From assembly GCA_040398425.1 (NCBI GenBank), contig JBBATZ010000015.1:957-64956 (forward strand): 64,000 nucleotides of DNA, read 5' to 3'. A program made the translations under genes and the position numbers. Shown here piece by piece: positions 41,205-49,529 of the stretch. The stretch is from Hyphomonadaceae bacterium. GTDB lineage: Bacteria; Pseudomonadota; Alphaproteobacteria; Caulobacterales; Hyphomonadaceae. The notes beneath the pieces are model-generated. The model was not told the DNA's origin, ran no database searches, and worked only from the letters and a program-made list of their open reading frames with translations. How positions within the stretch are numbered: the first letter of the stretch is position 1; each line of letters opens with the position of its first letter.

Positions 41205-42152
41205 ATGAACGAGTTCGATCTCATCCGCCGTTACTTCGCGCCGCTGGCGACGTCGCGCGGCGCCGACAACCTGCGCGATGACGTCGCCGAAATTGCTCCC
41301 GGACTGATCGCGACCAAGGACGCCATCGTTGAAGGTGTCCACTTCCTGTCCGACGATCCGCTCGACTCCGTCGCGCAGAAGCTCGTGCGCGTGAACGTCT
41401 CCGACATCATCGCCAAGGGTGGAAAACCGGATGCGGCGCTCCTCGCCCTGATCTGGCCGAAGACCCGCCCGCACGACCAGCTTGAAGCCTTCGCACGCGG
41501 GCTGGGCAAGGATCTGGAGCGCTGGGGCGCACGCCTTGTCGGCGGCGACACCACCGCCACCGATGGCCCCCTCACCCTGACGCTGACCCTGCTCGGAAAG
41601 GTCGGCCCGCGCGGGCCCGTCCGTCGCTCCGGCGCGAAGGCGGGCGATGACATCTGGGTCACCGGCACAATCGGCGACAGCTGGCTCGGCCTGCAGGCCG
41701 CCACCGACAAGCTTGGTCCGCTCTCCGCGGAAGCCCGCAACCTGCTGGTCTCCCGCTACCGTGTCCCCGAACCGCCCCGTCTGCCATTCGCCGACATCGT
41801 CGCCGCGCAAGCCAGCGCCAGCATCGACATCTCCGACGGCCTCGTCGCTGACGCCGGCCACATCGCCGAAGCCTCCGGCGTCCGCCTCACACTGCGTGCA
41901 GCCGACATCCCGCTCAGCGCTGTCGCCACCCACTATTCCGAGAACGCGAAGGCCGATCTCCGCGCCCTGCTGACCGGCGGAGACGACTACCAGACCCTCT
42001 TCACCGCTCCGCCCGGGGCCCGCGCCGCTATCACCGCAGCCAGGGGCGTCACCCGGATCGGCGAGGTCGGGCAGGGCGAAGGCGTCGCCATTCTCGACGC
42101 ATCGGGCGCCGCCATCGATTTCACCGGCGCGACCGGCTGGAAGCATTTCTGA
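41205..42152 (+). CDS. thiL: Thiamine-monophosphate kinase
   Basis: ATG 41205. MNEFDLIRRYFAP ... DDVAEI ... GGDTT. Confidence 0.9.
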   Translation: MNEFDLIRRYFAPLATSRGADNLRDDVAEIAPGLIATKDAIVEGVHFLSDDPLDSVAQKLVRVNVSDIIAKGGKPDAALLALIWPKTRPHDQLEAFARGLGKDLERWGARLVGGDTTATDGPLTLTLTLLGKVGPRGPVRRSGAKAGDDIWVTGTIGDSWLGLQAATDKLGPLSAEARNLLVSRYRVPEPPRLPFADIVAAQASASIDISDGLVADAGHIAEASGVRLTLRAADIPLSAVATHYSENAKADLRALLTGGDDYQTLFTAPPGARAAITAARGVTRIGEVGQGEGVAILDASGAAIDFTGATGWKHF

Positions 42153-42206
42153 GCGCCTCCCCCAAGCGTAAACGCCGCCTCAACCATTCCCCGGCAGGGT
42201 CGGCCC

Positions 42207-42659
42207 ATGCGCATGTCCCGTCGTGATATTCTCACCGCCGCCTCTCTGGCTGTCTCAGCCGCAGCCCTCACCGCGTTTCCCGCCGCTGCCCAGGAACATG
42301 GCGCCGAAGCCGAGCCCGGCGCGCCTGATGAGGTCGAAGTCGCCCGCTCGGTCGAACTGGGCGGCATTGTCTTCCCGGTCTTCGATGAGAAGCGGAAGCT
42401 GAAAAACTACCTCTTCATCAACGCCCGCATGCTGGCCGGCCCCGGCAAGGACGTCTGGAAATATCGCGAACAGCAGCACTTCATCCGCGACGCCATCGTG
42501 CGCGCGTCCCACAAGGTGAGCTTCCACCAGAAGGACAACATCAAGAAGCTGGATGAAAAGCTTGCGGCCGCTGAATGCCTGAAAGCGGCCAACGCCATCG
42601 TCGGCGAAAAAGACGCGCTGGTCACGATGACCTTTACGCAGATCGCCAGCCGCACCTGA
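42207..42659 (+). CDS. Hypothetical exported protein with a twin-arginine-type signal
   Basis: 150 aa. MRMSRRDILTAASLAVSAAALTAFPAAAQ. Confidence 0.6.
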   Translation: MRMSRRDILTAASLAVSAAALTAFPAAAQEHGAEAEPGAPDEVEVARSVELGGIVFPVFDEKRKLKNYLFINARMLAGPGKDVWKYREQQHFIRDAIVRASHKVSFHQKDNIKKLDEKLAAAECLKAANAIVGEKDALVTMTFTQIASRT

Positions 42660-42678
42660 TCGCGGACGTGAGCGAAAC

Positions 42679-43224
42679 CTAGTTCTGGCGTCCGCCCGGA
42701 TTGTCGCCCGGCTGGCGGTTGTCCTGGGTCTGGCCCGGCAACGTGTTGCGCAGGCTGCCGATCGAGCCGAACAGCTGTTCCAGGATACCCAGCTCGCGGC
42801 CACGCGTCGGCGTCACGCGCGACGAGTAGTCCACCACCCGGCCGTCATCCACGTCATAGATCAGCACGTCCGAGACGACGTCATCCGGGTCGAACTGGAT
42901 GGCGATGATCGAACGCTGCACTGTCTTGGGGTAGTAGAAGGTCAGCAGTTCCCGGGTCGACGACATGTAGACCCACAGTCTTTCCTTGCCCGGCTTAGAC
43001 ATCGCGGTCGTCGCAGCATCGAACATCGATGTCGTCGACGGCGTGCCGAGGCGCGCCAGCACGGTCGAGCGGGTGTCGACTTCCGGTTTCACATCTTCCG
43101 GGAAGGCCTGGTCGGGCACATAGCCGTGGAAGTCGCGGGTCGCGGTGCATCCCGTCACGATGGCGGCGGCGATGCCGACGAGGGCAAGGCGGCCAAGGCC
43201 AAGACGGGCGCGCTTCTGGACCAT
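42679..43224 (-). CDS. bamE: Outer-membrane assembly lipoprotein BamE (SmpA/OmlA)
   Basis: 181 aa. IVTGC lipobox, RDFHGYVPDQAFPEDVKPEVDTRSTVLARLGTPS. Confidence 0.8.
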   Translation of the reverse strand: MVQKRARLGLGRLALVGIAAAIVTGCTATRDFHGYVPDQAFPEDVKPEVDTRSTVLARLGTPSTTSMFDAATTAMSKPGKERLWVYMSSTRELLTFYYPKTVQRSIIAIQFDPDDVVSDVLIYDVDDGRVVDYSSRVTPTRGRELGILEQLFGSIGSLRNTLPGQTQDNRQPGDNPGGRQN

Positions 43225-43381
43225 GGGGCGAAACTCCGGAACCAGTTCGTAGCTACAGTCAGCCCCCGCAGCTTGGCAAGGCTATGAGGCGCCTTCGTGG
43301 CGGTGGTCCGGGCGCGGGTAAAAAAGCCCAACTTCCCCCCCGCGCGAACCCTGCTAGGTTCATGCCTCCCCGGAGGACTGA

Positions 43382-43909
43382 ATGGCGCTCGGCAACTGGT
43401 TTCAATCCAAGAAAAACCGCTGGGCGGTCGATCGACTGCACCAGTCGATCCAGGCGCAGGCCCTGCGTCCGGACTTCTATTTCGAGGGCGGCGCCCGCGA
43501 CAATTTCTCCGGTCGTTTCGAGATGACGTGCCTTCACGGCGCCCTCGTGTTCCGCCGCCTCCGCATGGCCGGCACAGCCGGAAAGGCCCTTTCGCAGGAT
43601 GTTTTCGACGCGCTTTTCGATGGTTTTGACGAGGCGCTGCGTGACATCGGCACGGGAGACCTCAGCGTCGGCAAGAAGATCCGCAAGATGGGCGAGGCCT
43701 TCTACGGCCGCGCCAAGGCCTATGACGATGCGCTCGGCGATGGCAGCGAGGACGGCCCCCTGGCGATCGCGCTGCGCCGCAATCTGGGGCTCGAAGAGGC
43801 CGCTTCAGGACGTTTTGTGCGCTACGTGCACACCGTTGAGGACACGCTGGGGCGCCACACCGATGAGCAATTGCTCACAGGCGAGGTAAACTGGCCCAGG
43901 CTCCCCTGA
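43382..43909 (+). CDS. Ubiquinol-cytochrome c chaperone-family protein
   Basis: 175 aa. GRFEMTCLHGALVFRRL ... FDGFDEALRDIGTGDLSVGKKIRKMGEAFYGR. Confidence 0.75.
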   Translation: MALGNWFQSKKNRWAVDRLHQSIQAQALRPDFYFEGGARDNFSGRFEMTCLHGALVFRRLRMAGTAGKALSQDVFDALFDGFDEALRDIGTGDLSVGKKIRKMGEAFYGRAKAYDDALGDGSEDGPLAIALRRNLGLEEAASGRFVRYVHTVEDTLGRHTDEQLLTGEVNWPRLP

Positions 43910-44086
43910 TGGCATTCCTGAGTCCCATACCCTGATTTTGCGCGATTTTACCCCTGTTACCCGTGTGGCAACGATGCGCGCCCCAGGGTCTGTTACACCT
44001 GCGGTCACGTGGTATTAGACCCTGAAGTCTTGGCTGGGCCGGGTTGATTCCGGCTCGTTTTGCCACGCGGGAGCAGTTCGGCGCAC

Positions 44087-45139
44087 ATGGCGGATCGAAA
44101 GATCATATCCATCGACGGGATGGGCGGGGATCACGCGCCGCGCATCGTCGTCGAAGGCCTCGAGCTGATTGCGAAGTCCCATCCCCACCTCGATTTTCTG
44201 GTTCACGGCGACGAGGCGCAGCTCAAGGCTCTGCTGTCCAAAGCTCCCACCGCCGCCCCCCGCATTACGATCCGCCACACCGACAAATCTGTGTCGATGG
44301 ACGCCAAGCCCAGCCAGATGCTGCGCCAGGGCAAGGGCACCTCGATGTGGAACGCCATCGAGTCGGTGAAATCCGGCGAGGCCGTCGCCGCCGTATCCGC
44401 CGGCAACACCGGCGCCCTCATGGCTCTCTCCATGTTCATTCTCCGCAAGGTCGAGGGTGTGCACCGCCCCGCGCTGGTCGGCAGCTGGCCGACACGCAAG
44501 GGTGTCTGCGCCATGCTCGATCTCGGCGCCGACATCGCCGCCGACGCCACCCAGCTCGTTGAATTCGCCATCATGGGCGCTGCTTTCGCACGCGCCGTCC
44601 ACGGCGTGCAGAACCCGCGCGTCGCGCTGCTGAACATCGGCGAAGAGGAACTGAAGGGCCACGAGTCGATCCGCGAAGGCGCCCGCCTGATGCGTGAGTC
44701 GGGACTGCCGATCGACTTCCGCGGCTTCATCGAGCCTGACAAGATCGGCCATGGCCAGGTCGATGTCGTGGTGACAGATGGCTTCACCGGAAACGTCGCC
44801 ATCAAGACGGCCGAGGGCATTGCCCGTATGATCGCGGACATGCTGAAGGACGCCTTCAAGTCCGGTCCCCTCTCGATGCTGGGCGCTCTTCTGGTCATGC
44901 CTGCGCTGAAGAACTTCCGGGCCAAGATGGACCCGCGCAATACCAATGGCGGCGTGTTCCTCGGGCTCAACGGCGTCGTGGTCAAAAGCCATGGCGGCAC
45001 AGACGATGTTGGCTTTGCCAAGGCGATCGGCGTCGCCGCCAGCATGGGCGAAAGCAGCTTCCTTGCGGAAGTCGCAGAGAATCTTCGCCGGCTCGCGCCG
45101 GCTGCAACTGCAGCCCCCACCGAGCAGGTCGCGCACTAG
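44087..45139 (+). CDS. plsX: Phosphate acyltransferase PlsX
   Basis: ATG 44087. IISIDGMGGDHAP ... VSAGNTGALMA ... GFTGNVAIKT. Confidence 0.95.
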   Translation: MADRKIISIDGMGGDHAPRIVVEGLELIAKSHPHLDFLVHGDEAQLKALLSKAPTAAPRITIRHTDKSVSMDAKPSQMLRQGKGTSMWNAIESVKSGEAVAAVSAGNTGALMALSMFILRKVEGVHRPALVGSWPTRKGVCAMLDLGADIAADATQLVEFAIMGAAFARAVHGVQNPRVALLNIGEEELKGHESIREGARLMRESGLPIDFRGFIEPDKIGHGQVDVVVTDGFTGNVAIKTAEGIARMIADMLKDAFKSGPLSMLGALLVMPALKNFRAKMDPRNTNGGVFLGLNGVVVKSHGGTDDVGFAKAIGVAASMGESSFLAEVAENLRRLAPAATAAPTEQVAH

Positions 45140-45179
45140 ATATACCTCTGCGGGCCGGACAGATTGACGAGGCGATGAT

Positions 45180-46154
45180 TTGACCGAGTTCGTATCAGTT
45201 GTTCGCGGCGTCGGCGGCTACCTTCCAGAGAGGGTGCTCACCAACGCAGATATCGCGAAGATGGTCGACACCACGGACGAGTGGATCACCGCGCGCACTG
45301 GCATTCGCAAACGCCACATCGCCGCCGAGGGCGAGACCACATCAGACCTTGGAACCATAGCCGCCCAACGCGCGCTCGACGCAGCTGGCCTCACGGCCGA
45401 CGACATCGACCTCATCGTGATGGCCACCGCGACGCCCGACTACACCTTCCCCGCCACCGCCACGATCGTGCAGCACAAGCTCGGCATCACGCGCGGCGCA
45501 GCGTTCGACCTGCAGGCCGTGTGCTCGGGCTTCGTCTTCGCGACCGCGACCGCGGACAACTTTCTCGCACGTGGCCAGTTCGAACGCGCGCTCGTCATCG
45601 GCGCCGAAACATTCTCCCGGATCCTCGACTGGTCAGACCGTTCCACCTGCGTCCTGTTCGGCGACGGAGCAGGGGCTGTCGTGCTCGAGCGCCAGGAAAA
45701 GGCGAATGCCGGCGACCGGGGCGTCAAGGGCATCCACCTCCGCACTGACGGCCGCTACAAGGATCTGCTCTATGTCGATGGTGGCCCGTCCACCACGCAG
45801 ACGGTCGGCCACCTCCGCATGATCGGTAACCAGGTCTTCAAGCACGCCGTCGGCAAGATCTCCGAAAGCGTGCTCGCCTCGGTGAAACAGGCCGGCCTCG
45901 AAGTGAAGGACATCGACTGGTTCGTCCCTCACCAGGCCAACCAGCGCATCCTGTCCGCCGTCGGCGAACGCCTCGGCCTCGAGGCGCACAAGATCGTCTC
46001 CACCGTGGCCGACCACGGCAACACCTCCGCCGCCTCCGTCCCCCTCGCCCTCGCCGCCGCCACCGAGGACGGCCGCATCAAGCCCGGCGACCTCGTCCTC
46101 ATCGAAGCCATCGGCGGCGGCCTCGCCTGGGGCTCCGCGCTTATCCGCGTCTAA
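45180..46154 (+). CDS. fabH: 3-oxoacyl-ACP synthase III
   Basis: 324 aa (TTG start). [24 protein letters not shown] (active Cys), [16 protein letters not shown]. Confidence 0.95.
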   Translation: MTEFVSVVRGVGGYLPERVLTNADIAKMVDTTDEWITARTGIRKRHIAAEGETTSDLGTIAAQRALDAAGLTADDIDLIVMATATPDYTFPATATIVQHKLGITRGAAFDLQAVCSGFVFATATADNFLARGQFERALVIGAETFSRILDWSDRSTCVLFGDGAGAVVLERQEKANAGDRGVKGIHLRTDGRYKDLLYVDGGPSTTQTVGHLRMIGNQVFKHAVGKISESVLASVKQAGLEVKDIDWFVPHQANQRILSAVGERLGLEAHKIVSTVADHGNTSAASVPLALAAATEDGRIKPGDLVLIEAIGGGLAWGSALIRV

Positions 46155-46523
46155 TGAACCGGCAGCGCGACGCGTCAGCGGCGCGATTGATCCAGTAACC
46201 TCGCTGCTCCGCAGCGACTACCGGGCAGGCGCCCGGCGGTCCTCAGCCAGACTTATTCGCCGAATCTGCACACGCCCATTTTTGACGGGCTCCAGAAGTT
46301 CCAACACCTTACCACGAAAAGCGCCCCGAAAATCGTTCTCTCAATCCTACACTTTGGATTCCGTGGGATACTCACGCCATCCACCTCGCAGGAGGGCAGT
46401 CGCGCGACTGTTCAACGGCGCGGGATCGGACACAGATGAGCGTGAAGAGCCCGTGTGCGTTGCTGTATGGCTAAGTTCGGGAGTGTTCGAGGGGTCGCGG
46501 CTGAACATCGCGACCTCCACGTC

Positions 46524-46676
46524 GGTGGCGACAATAGGCGCAGGCGGGTGAAAAACCCCGGTGCTACCCCGCCACCGTAGACCATCTGTCGGGGACGCGG
46601 GATATCGCGTTTCTCTTTTCTACCGGTAGAGCCGAAAGGCGTTGCCCAAATTCACCCGGGGTATCCCGCGTCCTCG
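46524..46676 (+). ncRNA. Candidate structured RNA with a degenerate cobalamin-riboswitch-like core
   Basis: In order: AATAGG (46533-46538), GGGTGAAAAACCCC (46546-46559), GCTACCCCGCCACCGTAG (46563-46580), CTACCGG...CCGAAAGGCG (46620-46641), CACCCGGGG (46653-46661). Also a 12-bp stem GGACGCGGGATA (46593-46604)/TATCCCGCGTCC (46662-46673). Several normally invariant positions deviate. Confidence 0.3.
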
Positions 46677-46789
46677 GGCCCTCCATTTGGGCCAGAACGA
46701 CAGCGAGCCTCCATGCCCCATGGCAGTGCAGCTTTCGGCGTTTGCGGAGCGCTCACCTGCGGTCTAGATCATGGGCAAAGGAGCTCCCC

Positions 46790-47581
46790 ATGGCCTATGA
46801 GAACATCCTGCTCGACGTGTCGCCCGAGGGTACAGCCGTCCTGACGCTGAACCGTCCGCAGAAGCGCAACGCCTTCAACGCCGAGGTGATCGCCGAACTG
46901 CTGGACGCCTTTGAGACGCTATCCAAGAATCCCGAATGCCGCCTCGTCCTGATCCGCGGTGCCGGCCCGGTGTTCTCGGCGGGCGCCGACCTCGAATGGA
47001 TGAAGTCCGCCTCGCACTATACCGTGCACGAGAACGAGGAAGACGCTTATGGCATGGCCGAAATGCTGCGGCGGCTCTACGAACTGCCGCAAGTCACCAT
47101 CGCTATCCTGCACGGCGCAGCGATGGCCGGCGCCTGTGGCGTCGCGGCGGCGTGTGATATCGCCATCGCAAAGAAGGGCACGATCTTCTCGTTCTCCGAA
47201 GTGAAGCTCGGCATCATCCCCGCCACCATCTCGCCCTACATCATCAACGCCATCGGGCCGCGCTGGGCCCGCATGCTGTTCGTCACCGCCGAGCGTTTCG
47301 AGGCAGATGTCGCCGCGCGCCTCGGCCTGATCCATCACGAAGTCGAGGACGAGGCGGCGATGGAAAGCCTCGTCGAGCATTACGCCGACCTCGTCTACGC
47401 CGCGTCCCCCGCAGCTATCGCCGACACCAAGTCTTTGGTCTCGGATGTGACCGGCGAAGTGATCGACGCCAGCCTCGGCAAGATGACAGCCAAGCGTCTC
47501 GCCCACCGCCGCGTCAGCGACCAGGGCAAGGAAGGGCTCGCCGCCTTCCTCGAGAAGCGCAAACCCTACTGGGCGCGGTAG
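46790..47581 (+). CDS. Enoyl-CoA hydratase/isomerase family (methylglutaconyl-CoA hydratase-like)
   Basis: ATG 46790 after AAAGGAG. LTLNRPQKRNAF ... GAGPVFSAGADL ... crotonase fold. Confidence 0.85.
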   Translation: MAYENILLDVSPEGTAVLTLNRPQKRNAFNAEVIAELLDAFETLSKNPECRLVLIRGAGPVFSAGADLEWMKSASHYTVHENEEDAYGMAEMLRRLYELPQVTIAILHGAAMAGACGVAAACDIAIAKKGTIFSFSEVKLGIIPATISPYIINAIGPRWARMLFVTAERFEADVAARLGLIHHEVEDEAAMESLVEHYADLVYAASPAAIADTKSLVSDVTGEVIDASLGKMTAKRLAHRRVSDQGKEGLAAFLEKRKPYWAR

Positions 47582-47602
47582 CTCGCAAGACGCAGGGGGA
47601 CA

Positions 47603-48466
47603 ATGTCGCGGCGCCTGAAGCTCGAAGCCTGGCTGCACACGCGCCGCGAAGCCTGGCGTGCAGCCTTCGTGCGCGGGCCCGCGACAGGATTCGTATTCGA
47701 ATTCGTCTCATTCGGCGTAAAACAGGTGTGGGCCTGCCTGTTCGGCGGCCTCTTGCTCGCGCTGCTGCTGGGCAGCTTCCTGTTCTATCCCGCCAGTGCG
47801 CCGCTCGCCCGCTACGACTTCCTCACGCTCGTAGCCTTCGGGCTACAGGCCGCCATGTTGGCGACCAAGCTCGAAACCTGGGGCGAGGCGCGCGTGATCT
47901 TCGCCTTCCACGTCGTCGGCACGATCATGGAAATCTTCAAGACCGGCGCCGGCTCGTGGATCTACCCCGAACCCTCACTACTGCGCATTGCCGGCGTGCC
48001 GCTGTTCTCGGGTTTCATGTACGCAGCCGTTGGCAGCTACATCGCGCGTATCTGGCGCATCATGGAATTCCGCTTTGAGAGCTTCCCATCGCTCTGGCTT
48101 CAGGCGCTGCTGGCGGTCGCCGTCTACGTGAACTTTTTCGCTCACCACTGGCTCCCCGACATGCGCCTCGGCCTGTTCTTTGCCAGCGCCCTGATCTACG
48201 GGCCGTGCATGCTCTACTACCGCCCGGATCGGGTGGAGCGGCCCATGCCGCTGCTTATCGGCCTGTTGCTGGTGGCGCTGTTCATCTGGTTTGCCGAGAA
48301 CCTGGGTACCTTCGCCCGCGCCTGGGTCTATCCCGGGCAGCATGACGGCTGGCGCCCTGTAACGATAGAAAAGCTTGGCGCGTGGTATCTCCTCATGATT
48401 ATCAGCTTCGTGCTGGTCGCGGCGGTGCATGGCCGCGACGCGAGCAGGCAGGGGACCAACGGATGA
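47603..48466 (+). CDS. Polytopic membrane protein (DUF817-like)
   Basis: 287 aa, about 8 TM helices. FEFVSFGVKQVWACLFGG N-terminal region as I recall for DUF817. Confidence 0.5.
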   Translation: MSRRLKLEAWLHTRREAWRAAFVRGPATGFVFEFVSFGVKQVWACLFGGLLLALLLGSFLFYPASAPLARYDFLTLVAFGLQAAMLATKLETWGEARVIFAFHVVGTIMEIFKTGAGSWIYPEPSLLRIAGVPLFSGFMYAAVGSYIARIWRIMEFRFESFPSLWLQALLAVAVYVNFFAHHWLPDMRLGLFFASALIYGPCMLYYRPDRVERPMPLLIGLLLVALFIWFAENLGTFARAWVYPGQHDGWRPVTIEKLGAWYLLMIISFVLVAAVHGRDASRQGTNG

Positions 48467-49446
48467 GTGGGGAGATGGAGGCGGCGGGGGCGGCGGTGAC
48501 GGCCGGGCTGGTTGCTGGCGCGATCGAGCGGGGCAGCGCTCCAGGTGGGCAAGTCCACGGCGCATGCCCCAATTGCGGCGCGGAGTTGCATGGCGAGTTC
48601 TGTTCCGCTTGCGGACAGCCCGCACACCTTCATCGCACGCTCGGCCACATGGTCGAGGAGTTCCTGCACGGCATCCTGCATTTCGATACGCGCGCCTGGC
48701 GCACCCTGCCGCTGCTGGTCTTTCGCCCAGGCACGCTGACCCGCGAATACATCCACGGCAAACGCGCGCGCTATATCTCGCCGCTGGCCATGTTCCTGCT
48801 GCTCATTTTCACCATGTTCGCGGTCTTCGCCTTCTCGGGCGGGGCTAATGTGGGCGTCGGCAAGGCCGTGGATATCAATCTCGGGCCAAGTGCCCCGGTC
48901 ACGGACGCGGCAACGGGCGAGCCGCGCACCTATCAGGCTGATCCGGGCAAGGGCGACATCTACGCCCAGATCCGCGAGGCGTATGAGAGCGGCGACCTCA
49001 AGGTCAACACGGGGATCGAGTTCCTCGATAAGAAGATCAAGCATAAGCTCGAAAACCCGGAGCTGGCTTTCTACAAGATCCAGAACGCGGCCTACAAATT
49101 CGCCTTCCTGCTCGTGCCGATCTCGCTGCCATTCGTCTGGCTGCTGTTTTTCTGGAAGCGCGGGCTGACCCTGTTCGATCACACGGTCTACATTCTGTAT
49201 TCACTGTCGTACGTGTCTCTTCTGTTCATTGTGGTTTCCTTGCTGGGCAATGTCGGCGGGGCGCTTGAGTTCGCTATGCCATGGTTGTTGTTGAGCATAC
49301 CCGCGCATGCCTATTTCCAGATGAAGGGCGGCTATTCGCTCGGTTGGTTCTCGGCGCTGTGGCGGACCCCAGTCCTCATGCTGTTTGCAGGCTTCGGGCT
49401 GTCTTTCTTCCTGATCGCCATCATCCTGCTCGGCGTGACGGGTTGA
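48463..49446 (+). CDS. Zinc-ribbon membrane protein (DUF3667-like)
   Basis: ATGA overlap with the preceding gene. CPNCGAELHGEFCSACG zinc ribbon, PGTLTREYIHGKRARYISPL, then TM helices. Confidence 0.6.
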   Translation: MSGEMEAAGAAVTAGLVAGAIERGSAPGGQVHGACPNCGAELHGEFCSACGQPAHLHRTLGHMVEEFLHGILHFDTRAWRTLPLLVFRPGTLTREYIHGKRARYISPLAMFLLLIFTMFAVFAFSGGANVGVGKAVDINLGPSAPVTDAATGEPRTYQADPGKGDIYAQIREAYESGDLKVNTGIEFLDKKIKHKLENPELAFYKIQNAAYKFAFLLVPISLPFVWLLFFWKRGLTLFDHTVYILYSLSYVSLLFIVVSLLGNVGGALEFAMPWLLLSIPAHAYFQMKGGYSLGWFSALWRTPVLMLFAGFGLSFFLIAIILLGVTG

Positions 49447-49529
49447 TGGCTGTTTATCGCTGGGGAATATCGGTCCGGCCGGCGACGAATACGCTTCCAT
49501 CGCCCCGCGGCGCGTCCTAGTTTGCCGCC

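Noticed and set aside
46282-46551. 89-aa ORF in the fabH-downstream gap
   Set aside because: No GC3 bias, no RBS, and the translation is not protein-like. Treated as non-coding.
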